DNA of 47,911 nucleotides from Crocinitomicaceae bacterium. GTDB taxonomy: Bacteria > Bacteroidota > Bacteroidia > Flavobacteriales_D > Sanyastnellaceae. Shown piece after piece: positions 1-8,017 of the stretch. The DNA is taken from assembly GCA_040375215.1 (NCBI GenBank), contig JBEISW010000001.1:1-47911 (forward strand). The letters are read 5' to 3'. The position numbers were made by a program, and so were the translations under genes. Position 1 is the stretch's first letter; each line of letters begins with the position of its first letter. The notes below the pieces were generated by a model. The model had not been told where the DNA came from. It saw only the letters and a list, made by a program, of their open reading frames with translations, and searched no databases.

Positions 1-1
1 C

Positions 2-976
2 ATTCAGGGAAGATTCTTGGTCAGCAACAGCAACAGTGTTGTGCACGTTGATGGAGATGGCAATGGTGTTTCAACATTACCATCGCCTTTGGCAGCGGCC
101 TATGGCATGGAGATTTTTGACAACCACTTATTCGCGATTCATTCCAATCGGGTGAAAGTTTTTGACCTTGCTACTAATGCACTGGTTCAAAACGTCAATA
201 TCACTGGAGCTGGTTTTCTCAATGGAATGGCGTCAGATGGCGTTGCTCGGGTGTGGGTGACTGACTTCAGCACCAAAAAAATTCACCAGATTGACTTCAC
301 TGATTTGGCCAATCCAGTAACTACATTGTTGTCTAATAACACAACAACAACTCCCAATGGAATCGTGTATGATGAAGCCAACAACCGCCTTGTTTTTGTT
401 GCCTGGGGTAGCAATGCACCCATCAAAGCTCTTGACTTAACAGATAACACCATCACTACTTTGGCAACAACGACGCTAGGGAATTGTGATGGCATTGACA
501 AAGATGGTTTAGGAAATTACTTTGTGGCCAGTTGGTCGCCCAACCGCATCACCAAATACAGTCCTGATTTTTCAGTTAGCGAAATCATAACTGTTGCAGG
601 AGGTTTAAGCAGTGCTGCTGACATCTGCTACGCCAATGAAATTGATACATTGGCCATTCCCAATACAGGAAATACCACCGTGGTTTACGTGGGCTTTGAC
701 AATACCCCAAACAACATAAATAACTTAGCGCTGAACTCAGATTTCAGCGTTGCCTCCTTTGAGGACCACTGGGAAATCAATCACTTCAGTGCTGCTCAAA
801 AAAATATCAATTACTTGTTGCTGGACAACCAAGGCAAGGTAATTGTCTCTGAAAAGTGGTTGTTGGAAAACACAACAAATCGTTTAATCATCCCCAACTA
901 TGCGTTGCCTTCAGGAACCTATTTCTTGGCTTTCCCCAACAGCAAAACCAAAGCTCTCAAACTTTCAAAGATTTAA
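2..976 (+). CDS. 5'-truncated secreted beta-propeller protein (SMP-30/gluconolactonase/NHL-like blades) with a T9SS C-terminal sorting domain
   Basis: The frame is open from nt 2 to the window edge, so the N-terminus lies upstream. Blade-like motifs recur (ARVWVTDF, GIVYDEANNRLVFVAWG, GIDKDGLGNYFVASW). The last ~80 aa (INYLLLDNQGKVI...LPSGTYFLAF...ALKLSKI) look like a Por/T9SS secretion tail. Confidence 0.6.
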   Translation: MQGRFLVSNSNSVVHVDGDGNGVSTLPSPLAAAYGMEIFDNHLFAIHSNRVKVFDLATNALVQNVNITGAGFLNGMASDGVARVWVTDFSTKKIHQIDFTDLANPVTTLLSNNTTTTPNGIVYDEANNRLVFVAWGSNAPIKALDLTDNTITTLATTTLGNCDGIDKDGLGNYFVASWSPNRITKYSPDFSVSEIITVAGGLSSAADICYANEIDTLAIPNTGNTTVVYVGFDNTPNNINNLALNSDFSVASFEDHWEINHFSAAQKNINYLLLDNQGKVIVSEKWLLENTTNRLIIPNYALPSGTYFLAFPNSKTKALKLSKI

Positions 977-2164
977 ATAAGTTACCCTATCTCTGGGGAT
1001 TTCTATTTTTTTCAGTCCACCATTGGGTCCTTGAATAAAGAAGGGTTGTGCTATTTCTTCGCCCAACATAATCTTCAACTTAGCCTTGATGCGAGAAATT
1101 TTCTCACTCATGGAATTGCTCAACGGGTTGGTCAAATCCGCCATTCTATCCCGCGCTTGATCAATATCTACATGAGGAGTTAAGGTTAAATAGATGCTCA
1201 AGAGCTCTTCATAATAATCGGGGAGATAAGACAGAATGATGCCCATAGGATGTCTAAGAAAGAAGGTATAGACGGTCATTTCCAGGGGTCTAAAACTCAC
1301 CTTTAAATCAGATAACTCAGGAAAGGACAATTCAGAAGTAGCCAAATTGATATGCAATGTTGGCAATGTTTGAACCGTAAAAAAACGCTCTCGAAATAAG
1401 ACTTGCACCCGAACGTGATCAAAAACTTGTAAAGCCTGACGAAGTAAATTTCTGTTCACCGCATGATTGACAAAAGCCTTCATACAATCTGGACATATAT
1501 CTGCAGTGCGAAGTTTCAATATCACATCCGTTTTGTTCCAGCACATGTCCATCATACATCCTTTGGGTGATTGATGAGTCAATGGCAAGTAGCCCGAAAT
1601 GTCACCAAAAGTTTGATTCTTCAAAATGGTCGACATCACATGATAAGCCACAGGATAAACGGGCTCCGAGAGAATATAATGATTCCAATACAACAGATGA
1701 ATAAAATGATTTCGGCCATTGTGCATTTCAGAGCCTACAAACCACTTCTCCACATTGGCCTGGTAGGTCAAAATAAACACATGGTCATCTTCCTTTATTG
1801 ATAATGGATTCAAAGATTGTGAAGCTATCTTTTCTTGTTGAATAACTGCACCCTTCTTCTTTCTATACTTCTTTATGAGATCAAAGAACTTTTGCCAAGG
1901 GTAAGCATTCACCTCATGAAAATCAAGTCTTGACGCGTCCATCATCAATTCCGGTGCAGAAATTTTATTGAAGTTGACAAAATCCTGTTGATCAAAATCA
2001 TCGTCATTTTTCTTGATAACTCTTTTGGGCTGTCCCAACATTTCAATGGTGTCATAATGGTGAATAAATTCCACCTCGCCTTTGAATTGCTGCAAATACT
2101 GAACAACAGAGGTAAATACCTCCTCATCTACCTCTGCCGTTCGTATTAAGTGAGCCTTTATCAT
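965..2164 (-). CDS. Hypothetical 399-aa protein with a Cys4 cluster and a C-terminal HTH-like region; partner of the vWA gene
   Basis: Long ORF whose ATG overlaps the vWA stop codon (ATGA, 2161-2164). Contains H197-x5-C203-x4-C208-x15-C224-x2-C227. The C-terminal stretch RPLEMTVYTFFLRHPMGI...SEKISRIKAKL resembles a LuxR/sigma-r4 HTH. I recognise no family. Confidence 0.7.
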   Translation of the reverse strand: MIKAHLIRTAEVDEEVFTSVVQYLQQFKGEVEFIHHYDTIEMLGQPKRVIKKNDDDFDQQDFVNFNKISAPELMMDASRLDFHEVNAYPWQKFFDLIKKYRKKKGAVIQQEKIASQSLNPLSIKEDDHVFILTYQANVEKWFVGSEMHNGRNHFIHLLYWNHYILSEPVYPVAYHVMSTILKNQTFGDISGYLPLTHQSPKGCMMDMCWNKTDVILKLRTADICPDCMKAFVNHAVNRNLLRQALQVFDHVRVQVLFRERFFTVQTLPTLHINLATSELSFPELSDLKVSFRPLEMTVYTFFLRHPMGIILSYLPDYYEELLSIYLTLTPHVDIDQARDRMADLTNPLSNSMSEKISRIKAKLKIMLGEEIAQPFFIQGPNGGLKKIEIPRDRVTYLNL

Positions 2165-2796
2165 TTTCCGCCTTTGTTGTTCTTTTTATCAAATTTAAAA
2201 ACATCCTTCAAATTTCCTGTTCCTTTAGCAACAATATAATGATTCATCATTTGATCAATTTCCTGAAACATCTCCTTGGTTTGCTTCTTTTGATAACGCA
2301 CTTGCTTGTCTGCATCAATCTTTAATTTATCTGCCATATCAAAAATATCAAAATCAGCACCCATCAAGATAAATGACCATTTCCCCGTTGCCTTCAAGTC
2401 CTCTATCATCCTTCCAATTTGTTTGTAACCAAACTCCTTTGAAGCGTTTTCTTCGCCATCCGTTAAAATGACACAAACGACATCATCTTCTGGCTGCATG
2501 ACATGTTGTATTCTATTGATTCCCTGACCAATTCCATCCAGCATAGCGGTGCAACCAGAAGGAAAAAGTCGCTGATTGTTCAATGGTTCCAAGTGCGCAG
2601 CAGGAACGCTAAGAAACTCAAACTGCACCTCATTGTTAAATGTCAAAAAATTAACCTTAATAGGAACATTGGGACTGTTGGTTTGAACATTCTTGATGGA
2701 TTGAATTTGCTCATTCAATGCACTCATGGTGCTGTCCCAGCAGTCTGACATGCTGCCACTGCGGTCTAAAATCAATAAATAATGTGTTGTGTTCAT
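2161..2796 (-). CDS. Stand-alone von Willebrand factor type A (vWA) domain protein with an intact MIDAS motif
   Basis: LLILDRSGSMS provides DxSxS. Downstream are SGCTAMLDG (Thr) and VILTDGEEN (Asp), the typical vWA/TerY-like layout. Length is 211 aa. Confidence 0.8.
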   Translation of the reverse strand: MNTTHYLLILDRSGSMSDCWDSTMSALNEQIQSIKNVQTNSPNVPIKVNFLTFNNEVQFEFLSVPAAHLEPLNNQRLFPSGCTAMLDGIGQGINRIQHVMQPEDDVVCVILTDGEENASKEFGYKQIGRMIEDLKATGKWSFILMGADFDIFDMADKLKIDADKQVRYQKKQTKEMFQEIDQMMNHYIVAKGTGNLKDVFKFDKKNNKGGK

Positions 2797-2866
2797 GGTG
2801 ATATAATTTAGACTGCAAATCTGAGACTTGCCTCTCCATTATTTCACTTTTACAAGCTTGTAAGCA

Positions 2867-3712
2867 TCAATGGCCCAACGTATCCAAAGGGGCTGGAACA
2901 TCAGTGGTATCAATGGTTTCCTGAGCATTTGACTCATCAACAACAGGCACCAGCAAATCCTCTACGGGAATTTTTTCTAAAGCCTTTTCTACCTCCGCTT
3001 CTTTCTTATCCCTGTTCTCAGTAGTCCAAGTTGTTCCGTATCGCTCAAAATAATCATCACCTAACAATTTCATGAGCTTCATGATCTTGCGCTTGCGCTT
3101 TTGCATATAAGCAGAAGGCCTTTCCAACTTAAACTTTTTAGGATTGGGCAAACAAGAAGCAATCAATGCCGCTTGCTCTTTGGTTAACTTATCAGCTGTT
3201 GTGTCAAAATACAATCCTGAAGCTGCACCAACGCCATATGTACACGGCCCCATTTCAATTACATTGAGGTACATTTCCAAAATGCGCTCCTTGCTCCAAA
3301 AAAACTCGATTAATACGGTAAAGTATGCCTCCAGTCCCTTCCTCAGCCATGAGCGAGCCGGCCACAGAAAAACATTCTTCGCTGTTTGTTGTGAAATGGT
3401 ACTGGCTCCGCGCGTTTTCTTGTGCGTCTCATTGTATCGTTGTGCCTTCTCAATGGCTTCCCAATCAAAGCCATTGTGCGACATGAAATGATTGTCTTCA
3501 CTGCTCACAACAGCCAATTTTAAATTCGTAGATATCTGCTCTCCATCTACCCATTGATAATGATAGGTACAGTCCTCTACCTTGGCGCGATCCATCATGT
3601 GGAAAAGCGTTATCGGTGGATTGACCCACTTGTACAACAATACCCATCCTATCGTGAACCCAAAGAAAACGATGGAGGACCAGAGAATTATTCTAAATAT
3701 CAATCGAAGCAT
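2867..3712 (-). CDS. mtgA: Monofunctional biosynthetic peptidoglycan transglycosylase (GT51)
   Basis: N-terminal TM helix, then the GT51 motifs EDNHFMSHNGFDWEAIEKA and RGASTISQQTAKNVFLW. Confidence 0.85.
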   Translation of the reverse strand: MLRLIFRIILWSSIVFFGFTIGWVLLYKWVNPPITLFHMMDRAKVEDCTYHYQWVDGEQISTNLKLAVVSSEDNHFMSHNGFDWEAIEKAQRYNETHKKTRGASTISQQTAKNVFLWPARSWLRKGLEAYFTVLIEFFWSKERILEMYLNVIEMGPCTYGVGAASGLYFDTTADKLTKEQAALIASCLPNPKKFKLERPSAYMQKRKRKIMKLMKLLGDDYFERYGTTWTTENRDKKEAEVEKALEKIPVEDLLVPVVDESNAQETIDTTDVPAPLDTLGH

Positions 3713-4833
3713 TACTTACCCATCTTCTTTTGCAATTCTTTAGGAATAGCGTCTTTGTGAACCACCATACAAACCGTCTTGGCTTTAAAATATGAACCAG
3801 ATACATGCTGATATCCTTTGGTTGAATTCTTCTCACCCCAAGAATTTTTTGTCAAAAAATACAACCCTCCATCTTGATCTTTACTCAATCCTACGATATG
3901 CATCAAATGATCATCCGTGGTGGCAAAGCGATCATAATCCTTTTGACGAGACTCCTGCGTAATCAATGGCTCAGCATGTTTCATGGTGAACATCTCTTCC
4001 TTCTTAACGTCTTCATTCAGCAACACTGCAATGTTGTTCTTATAGGAGAAACCCTTTTCACTAACGTCCGCGTCCCAAGCAATGGTATATCCATTCTCCA
4101 GTGCATGAACCGCCACTTGATAAAACTCCTCCAATGGTAAATTGTAATATTGTCCTTTAGACCAATTGTCAGGAACTTCTACAGCAAAGTTTGAGTAGAA
4201 AGGATGGTGACTAAATGAAGTCAACATCACATAATCATCAGCTTTGATGCCCAATGCATCCCTGAAAGAGGCCGGTGTATAAGATTTGCCTTCAAAATCA
4301 AAAGAGGTTGGTATCCTTCCAATGTAGGTGTCTAGCAAAGTCTCAACACCAGATTTCCAATCATTGTTCTCCTCGTTCAGTTTTCTATCCAAAACCATTT
4401 TGGCCGTTGTTTCCATATAAGCGTCCAAAACGTTATGGTTATATACACTTGAACCCATGACAAATCCACTAAACGCAGATTCAGGAACCAATCCATACTC
4501 TCTAACAGCTTGAATAACATCATGGCTCAAACCTCCAGGTCCCAATTGTTGCTTGCCTTGATAACGCACATAAGAATCCACTTTCTTGGGATACATCAAT
4601 CGGGGATTAATCAACTCAGACAAATCAACTTGCTTGTTGCTGATTCTTGCCACTTCTGATTCCAAAAATGAAACCGTAGCAAAACTCCAACAGGTTCCTG
4701 TTTGGCACTGATCCTCTACCGAACCATGCTTAATTTCCTTAATGATATTGAATTGATAAGGAAACGTTCCTTGTTCCTTCTGAGCAATGGCTACTGAAGC
4801 AAATAATGAGAAAATAAGTCCTATTTTTTTCAT
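3712..4833 (-). CDS. pepC: Secreted papain-family (C1) cysteine aminopeptidase, aminopeptidase C/bleomycin hydrolase-like
   Basis: QTGTCWSFATVSF active-site Cys motif and a C-terminal NSWG motif. I chose the ATG at 4833 (MKKIGLIFSLFASVAIAQ signal peptide) over the track's 4920, because the 4834-4920 extension covers the divergent promoter region. Confidence 0.75.
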   Translation of the reverse strand: MKKIGLIFSLFASVAIAQKEQGTFPYQFNIIKEIKHGSVEDQCQTGTCWSFATVSFLESEVARISNKQVDLSELINPRLMYPKKVDSYVRYQGKQQLGPGGLSHDVIQAVREYGLVPESAFSGFVMGSSVYNHNVLDAYMETTAKMVLDRKLNEENNDWKSGVETLLDTYIGRIPTSFDFEGKSYTPASFRDALGIKADDYVMLTSFSHHPFYSNFAVEVPDNWSKGQYYNLPLEEFYQVAVHALENGYTIAWDADVSEKGFSYKNNIAVLLNEDVKKEEMFTMKHAEPLITQESRQKDYDRFATTDDHLMHIVGLSKDQDGGLYFLTKNSWGEKNSTKGYQHVSGSYFKAKTVCMVVHKDAIPKELQKKMGK

Positions 4834-4889
4834 ATTGCAATGGTAAGACTTTTCACACGAATTAGAAAACAAATTCCCCGCTGGATAGC

Positions 4890-4897
4890 TACATTTG
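4890..4897 (+). promoter_or_regulatory. Bacteroidota -7 box (TAnnTTTG) for the ABC operon
   Basis: Perfect TACATTTG. The GTG start at 4902 is only 5 nt downstream. Confidence 0.4.
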
Positions 4898-4901
4898 CCT
4901 T

Positions 4902-5528
4902 GTGTTACAAACGCAATCATTAAAATACCAATACCCTTCTGGAAAACCTTTGGTTTTTCCCGACATCCTCTTTCCCAACGAGCAACCCGCCCTAATCTTG
5001 GGCGAAAGTGGTTGTGGAAAAACTACTTTACTGCATCTTCTGGCAGGACTCAGAACACCGTCAGAAGGAAATGTAATTTTAGGCCAAACCAATTTGTACT
5101 CTATTACAACTTCGGAAAGAGATGCATTCAGAGGAAAAAACATAGGCGTGGTATTTCAAACCTCGCACTTTATCCCCTCATTGTCTGTATTGGAAAACAT
5201 CATGATGTCGCTTTATCTCAATGGAAAAGTACAAGACGAAAACTTAGCCAAGGATTTTTTGGACAGGGTCAATCTATTCCACAAAGCTTTCCAACCCATC
5301 GGCTCTTTGAGCGTTGGCGAGCAACAGCGCATTGCTATTATACGATCCATCATTCATGAACCAAAGTGGATTTTTGCTGATGAGCCAACAAGTGCGTTGG
5401 ATAATAAAAATGCAGATCAAGTCATTTCACTTTTTATGGAAATGACCAAAAAAGTTAATGCCCAATTGGTTGTTGTAACACATGACAACCGTTGGGACAA
5501 TGTGATCACCAATACAGTAAGATTATGA
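4902..5528 (+). CDS. ABC transporter ATP-binding protein (LolD/MacB-type)
   Basis: Walker A GESGCGKTT, signature LSVGEQQR, Walker B IFADEPTSALD. The GTG start lies 5 nt after a TACATTTG box. Confidence 0.85.
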   Translation: MLQTQSLKYQYPSGKPLVFPDILFPNEQPALILGESGCGKTTLLHLLAGLRTPSEGNVILGQTNLYSITTSERDAFRGKNIGVVFQTSHFIPSLSVLENIMMSLYLNGKVQDENLAKDFLDRVNLFHKAFQPIGSLSVGEQQRIAIIRSIIHEPKWIFADEPTSALDNKNADQVISLFMEMTKKVNAQLVVVTHDNRWDNVITNTVRL

Positions 5529-6826
5529 ATTTGATCAAACTGGCATTAAAAAACATCAAACACCAGTGGCTGGACACCATGCTCAGCGTCATTTTATTGG
5601 CATTTGGTCTAGGTATTGTATCCATGCTCATCTTGGTTGAAAAGCAAACCGCTGAACAATTCAACAAAAACATCCAAGACATTGACATGGTCCTAGGAGC
5701 CAAGGGCAGTCCGTTGCAATTGATCTTGGCCAATGTCTATCACGTAGATGCGCCTACCGGAAACATCAAGGTGGGCGATGCGCGAATGGTTACAGAGAAC
5801 CCAACCATTGAAAGAGCCATTCCTTTGGCGTATGGAGACAACTTTGAACAATGGCGCATTGTAGGAACAGATCAAGGTTATCCTGATCATTATGAAATGA
5901 AATTGTCACAAGGTCAAAATTTTCAATCAGATTATGATGCGTGCATCGGAGCCGATGTAGCCAAAAGTACTGGGCTCAAATTAGGTGATACTTTTCTCAG
6001 TACACACGGACTGGATCAATCAGAAAATGATGAAGAGCATGCGCATCACCACGACTACACGGTTGTAGGTATCTATGAACCATCAGGCACAGTCATCGAT
6101 AAACTCATCTTAACCCCTGTCTCTACTGTTTGGCACGCGCATGAAGAAGGCGATGAGGTCAATGTAACAGAAAACGTTCCAACGGACAGCGCTACCATTC
6201 AAGCACCCGCAAAGCCCATCATGAAAAAAGGACCCATGATGATGTTGAGACCAGCCAAAGAAAGGAAAGCGTCACCCAACGACAACAAAGAAGTTACGGC
6301 ATATCTTTTGAAGAAGAGAACACCGATGGCACAAATGATTTTACCCAATCTCATCAAAGAAACCAATATGCAATTGGCGCTTCCTGCCATTGAAATCAAT
6401 CGTCTCTCTGAAAGTTTTGGTTTGGGAATGGACACCATCAAAGCCATAGCCTTTGTCATCATAGCCCTCTCCTTCATCAGCATTTTCATTTCATTGTTCA
6501 ATGCATTGAGAAAAAGAAAAAAGGAGATTGCCATCATGAGAACAATGGGCGCAACCAGAATCAAAGTCTTTTGTTTGATCCAATTGGAAGGTCTACTATT
6601 GGTCATCATTGGAGGTGCGTTAGCATGGGGGCTAAGTCGTCTAGGACTCAGTATACTTAGTCAACAATTGAACAACAATTTTCACTACACCTTTAACATC
6701 AAAGACGGATCGCTAGAGGAACTTTACTTATTTGGCGCAGCAATTTTGGCAGGAATGATAGCCTGCTGGATTCCAGCGTATCAAGCCTATAAAATGGACA
6801 TTTCAAAAACTTTAAGCAATGAATAA
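5525..6826 (+). CDS. ABC transporter permease, FtsX/MacB-like, with a His-rich extracytoplasmic domain
   Basis: The ATG at 5525 overlaps the ATPase stop codon (ATGA). An N-terminal TM helix is followed by a large loop and C-terminal FtsX-type TM helices. The loop contains EEHAHHHD and WHAHEEGDE. Confidence 0.8.
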   Translation: MNLIKLALKNIKHQWLDTMLSVILLAFGLGIVSMLILVEKQTAEQFNKNIQDIDMVLGAKGSPLQLILANVYHVDAPTGNIKVGDARMVTENPTIERAIPLAYGDNFEQWRIVGTDQGYPDHYEMKLSQGQNFQSDYDACIGADVAKSTGLKLGDTFLSTHGLDQSENDEEHAHHHDYTVVGIYEPSGTVIDKLILTPVSTVWHAHEEGDEVNVTENVPTDSATIQAPAKPIMKKGPMMMLRPAKERKASPNDNKEVTAYLLKKRTPMAQMILPNLIKETNMQLALPAIEINRLSESFGLGMDTIKAIAFVIIALSFISIFISLFNALRKRKKEIAIMRTMGATRIKVFCLIQLEGLLLVIIGGALAWGLSRLGLSILSQQLNNNFHYTFNIKDGSLEELYLFGAAILAGMIACWIPAYQAYKMDISKTLSNE

Positions 6827-7352
6827 ATTTGGTTTCCTGGTTTCTTTTCTATTTCTTTTCTCTTGCGCATTCTCTGCCGAGGAAGATCCCATTTTTGTAT
6901 TAAAAGCCAAACCACTACCTCCTGCTCAAAAATACTTTTTGCCTAAAAACATAGAACACTTCATGGGCGGTCCTGTGGAGTTAACATGGAAAACATTAAC
7001 CGACGTGGAGTTCAAAGACATTTATGTCAAGGAGCTAGACGCGTATTACTGGAAGCCAACATTTGGCGCCAGCATCAAAGCATTGGAAGGCAAAGAAGTT
7101 TACGTTACAGGCTACGTGATTCCTGTAGACTATGATGCCAACTTCTATGTAGTTTCAAGATACCCATACGCCAATTGCTTTTTTTGTGGTGGAGGTGGAC
7201 CAGAGTCCGTGGTTGATTTGAGATTCACAGCCAAACACCGCGCATACAAAACAGATGAACGATTAACATTCAAAGGCAAGCTCAAACTAAACGGGGACGA
7301 TGTTTATCAAATGAATTACATCCTTGAAGGTGCTGTGGAATTCAAACCATAA
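6819..7352 (+). CDS. DUF3299-like secreted protein, third member of the ABC trio
   Basis: 8-nt overlap with the permease gene. Has a signal peptide and the motif YVIPVDYDANFYVVSRYPYANCFFCGGGGPES, which I recall from DUF3299 proteins that accompany this type of ABC pair. Confidence 0.6.
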   Translation: MNKFGFLVSFLFLFSCAFSAEEDPIFVLKAKPLPPAQKYFLPKNIEHFMGGPVELTWKTLTDVEFKDIYVKELDAYYWKPTFGASIKALEGKEVYVTGYVIPVDYDANFYVVSRYPYANCFFCGGGGPESVVDLRFTAKHRAYKTDERLTFKGKLKLNGDDVYQMNYILEGAVEFKP

Positions 7353-7363
7353 TCAACATTTAT

Positions 7364-7371
7364 TACATTTG
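7364..7371 (+). promoter_or_regulatory. -7 box TACATTTG upstream of efp
   Basis: Perfect TAnnTTTG 21 nt before the ATG at 7393. Confidence 0.5.
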
Positions 7372-7392
7372 CACGGCAATTAATCAAAAAAA

Positions 7393-7959
7393 ATGGCATC
7401 TACTACTGCAGACATCAGCAATGGCATGTGTTTCCGAATGGACACACACATCTACAAAGTAATTGAATTCTTACACGTAAAGCCAGGAAAAGGTCCTGCT
7501 TTTGTAAGAACCAAATTGCGCAACTTGAACAATGGAAAAATCATTGACCATACATTTAACTCAGGTGTAAAAATCGAGACGGTTCGCATTGAAACCCGCG
7601 AATATCAATACTTGTACAAGGATGATTCTTATAACTTCATGAACATGGACGATTATGAGCAAATCACCATACCTGAAGCAATGATCAACGCTCCTGGATT
7701 TTTAAAAGAAGGAATGAAGTGCATTGTGATGTTCAACGCTGAAGATGATCAACCCATGTCTTGCGATTTACCCACTTTGGTAGAGTACGCTATCACCTAC
7801 ACTGAACCAGGGATCAAAGGAGATACTGCCACTAACGCGATGAAGCCTGCTACTTTGGATGTAGGCGTGGAAGTTAGAGTGCCTCTGTTCATCAATGAAG
7901 GCGATTTAATCAGAGTAGATACCTCAACCGGTCAGTACCACGACCGTGTAAAAAAATAA
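7393..7959 (+). CDS. efp: Translation elongation factor P
   Basis: FLHVKPGKGPAFVRTKLRNLNNGK (conserved KPGKG loop), 188 aa, followed by a strong terminator. Confidence 0.95.
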   Translation: MASTTADISNGMCFRMDTHIYKVIEFLHVKPGKGPAFVRTKLRNLNNGKIIDHTFNSGVKIETVRIETREYQYLYKDDSYNFMNMDDYEQITIPEAMINAPGFLKEGMKCIVMFNAEDDQPMSCDLPTLVEYAITYTEPGIKGDTATNAMKPATLDVGVEVRVPLFINEGDLIRVDTSTGQYHDRVKK

Positions 7960-7963
7960 TCTC

Positions 7964-7993
7964 AAGGCCGTCAAATAGACGGCCTTTTTTTTT
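7964..7993 (+). terminator. Rho-independent terminator after efp
   Basis: ggccgtc-aaata-gacggcc followed by T9. Confidence 0.85.
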
Positions 7994-8017
7994 GCATCTT
8001 AGCCCTCAGAAGAATTC

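Noticed and set aside
2850-2863. 14-nt perfect palindrome ttacaagcttgtaa (contains AAGCTT) just downstream of the mtgA stop codon
   Set aside because: As RNA it forms only a 5-bp stem with a 4-nt loop and has no following U-run, so it is too weak to call a terminator or operator. It may be chance in AT-rich DNA.
4834-4920. Long N-terminal extensions in the ORF track (for example pepC to 4920, atpD from 13827, the polyprenyl synthase from 35174, the FISUMP genes to 44596 and 47816, rluB from 31373, the coiled-coil gene to 27578)
   Set aside because: In each case an internal ATG gives a canonical N-terminus or signal peptide. The extension overlaps a neighbouring gene, a tRNA promoter or a -7 box, so I used the shorter starts.
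4895-5359. 154-aa plus-strand ORF in an alternative frame of the ABC ATPase gene
   Set aside because: It is on the same strand and overlaps a frame that has Walker A, signature and Walker B motifs. It has no features of its own.
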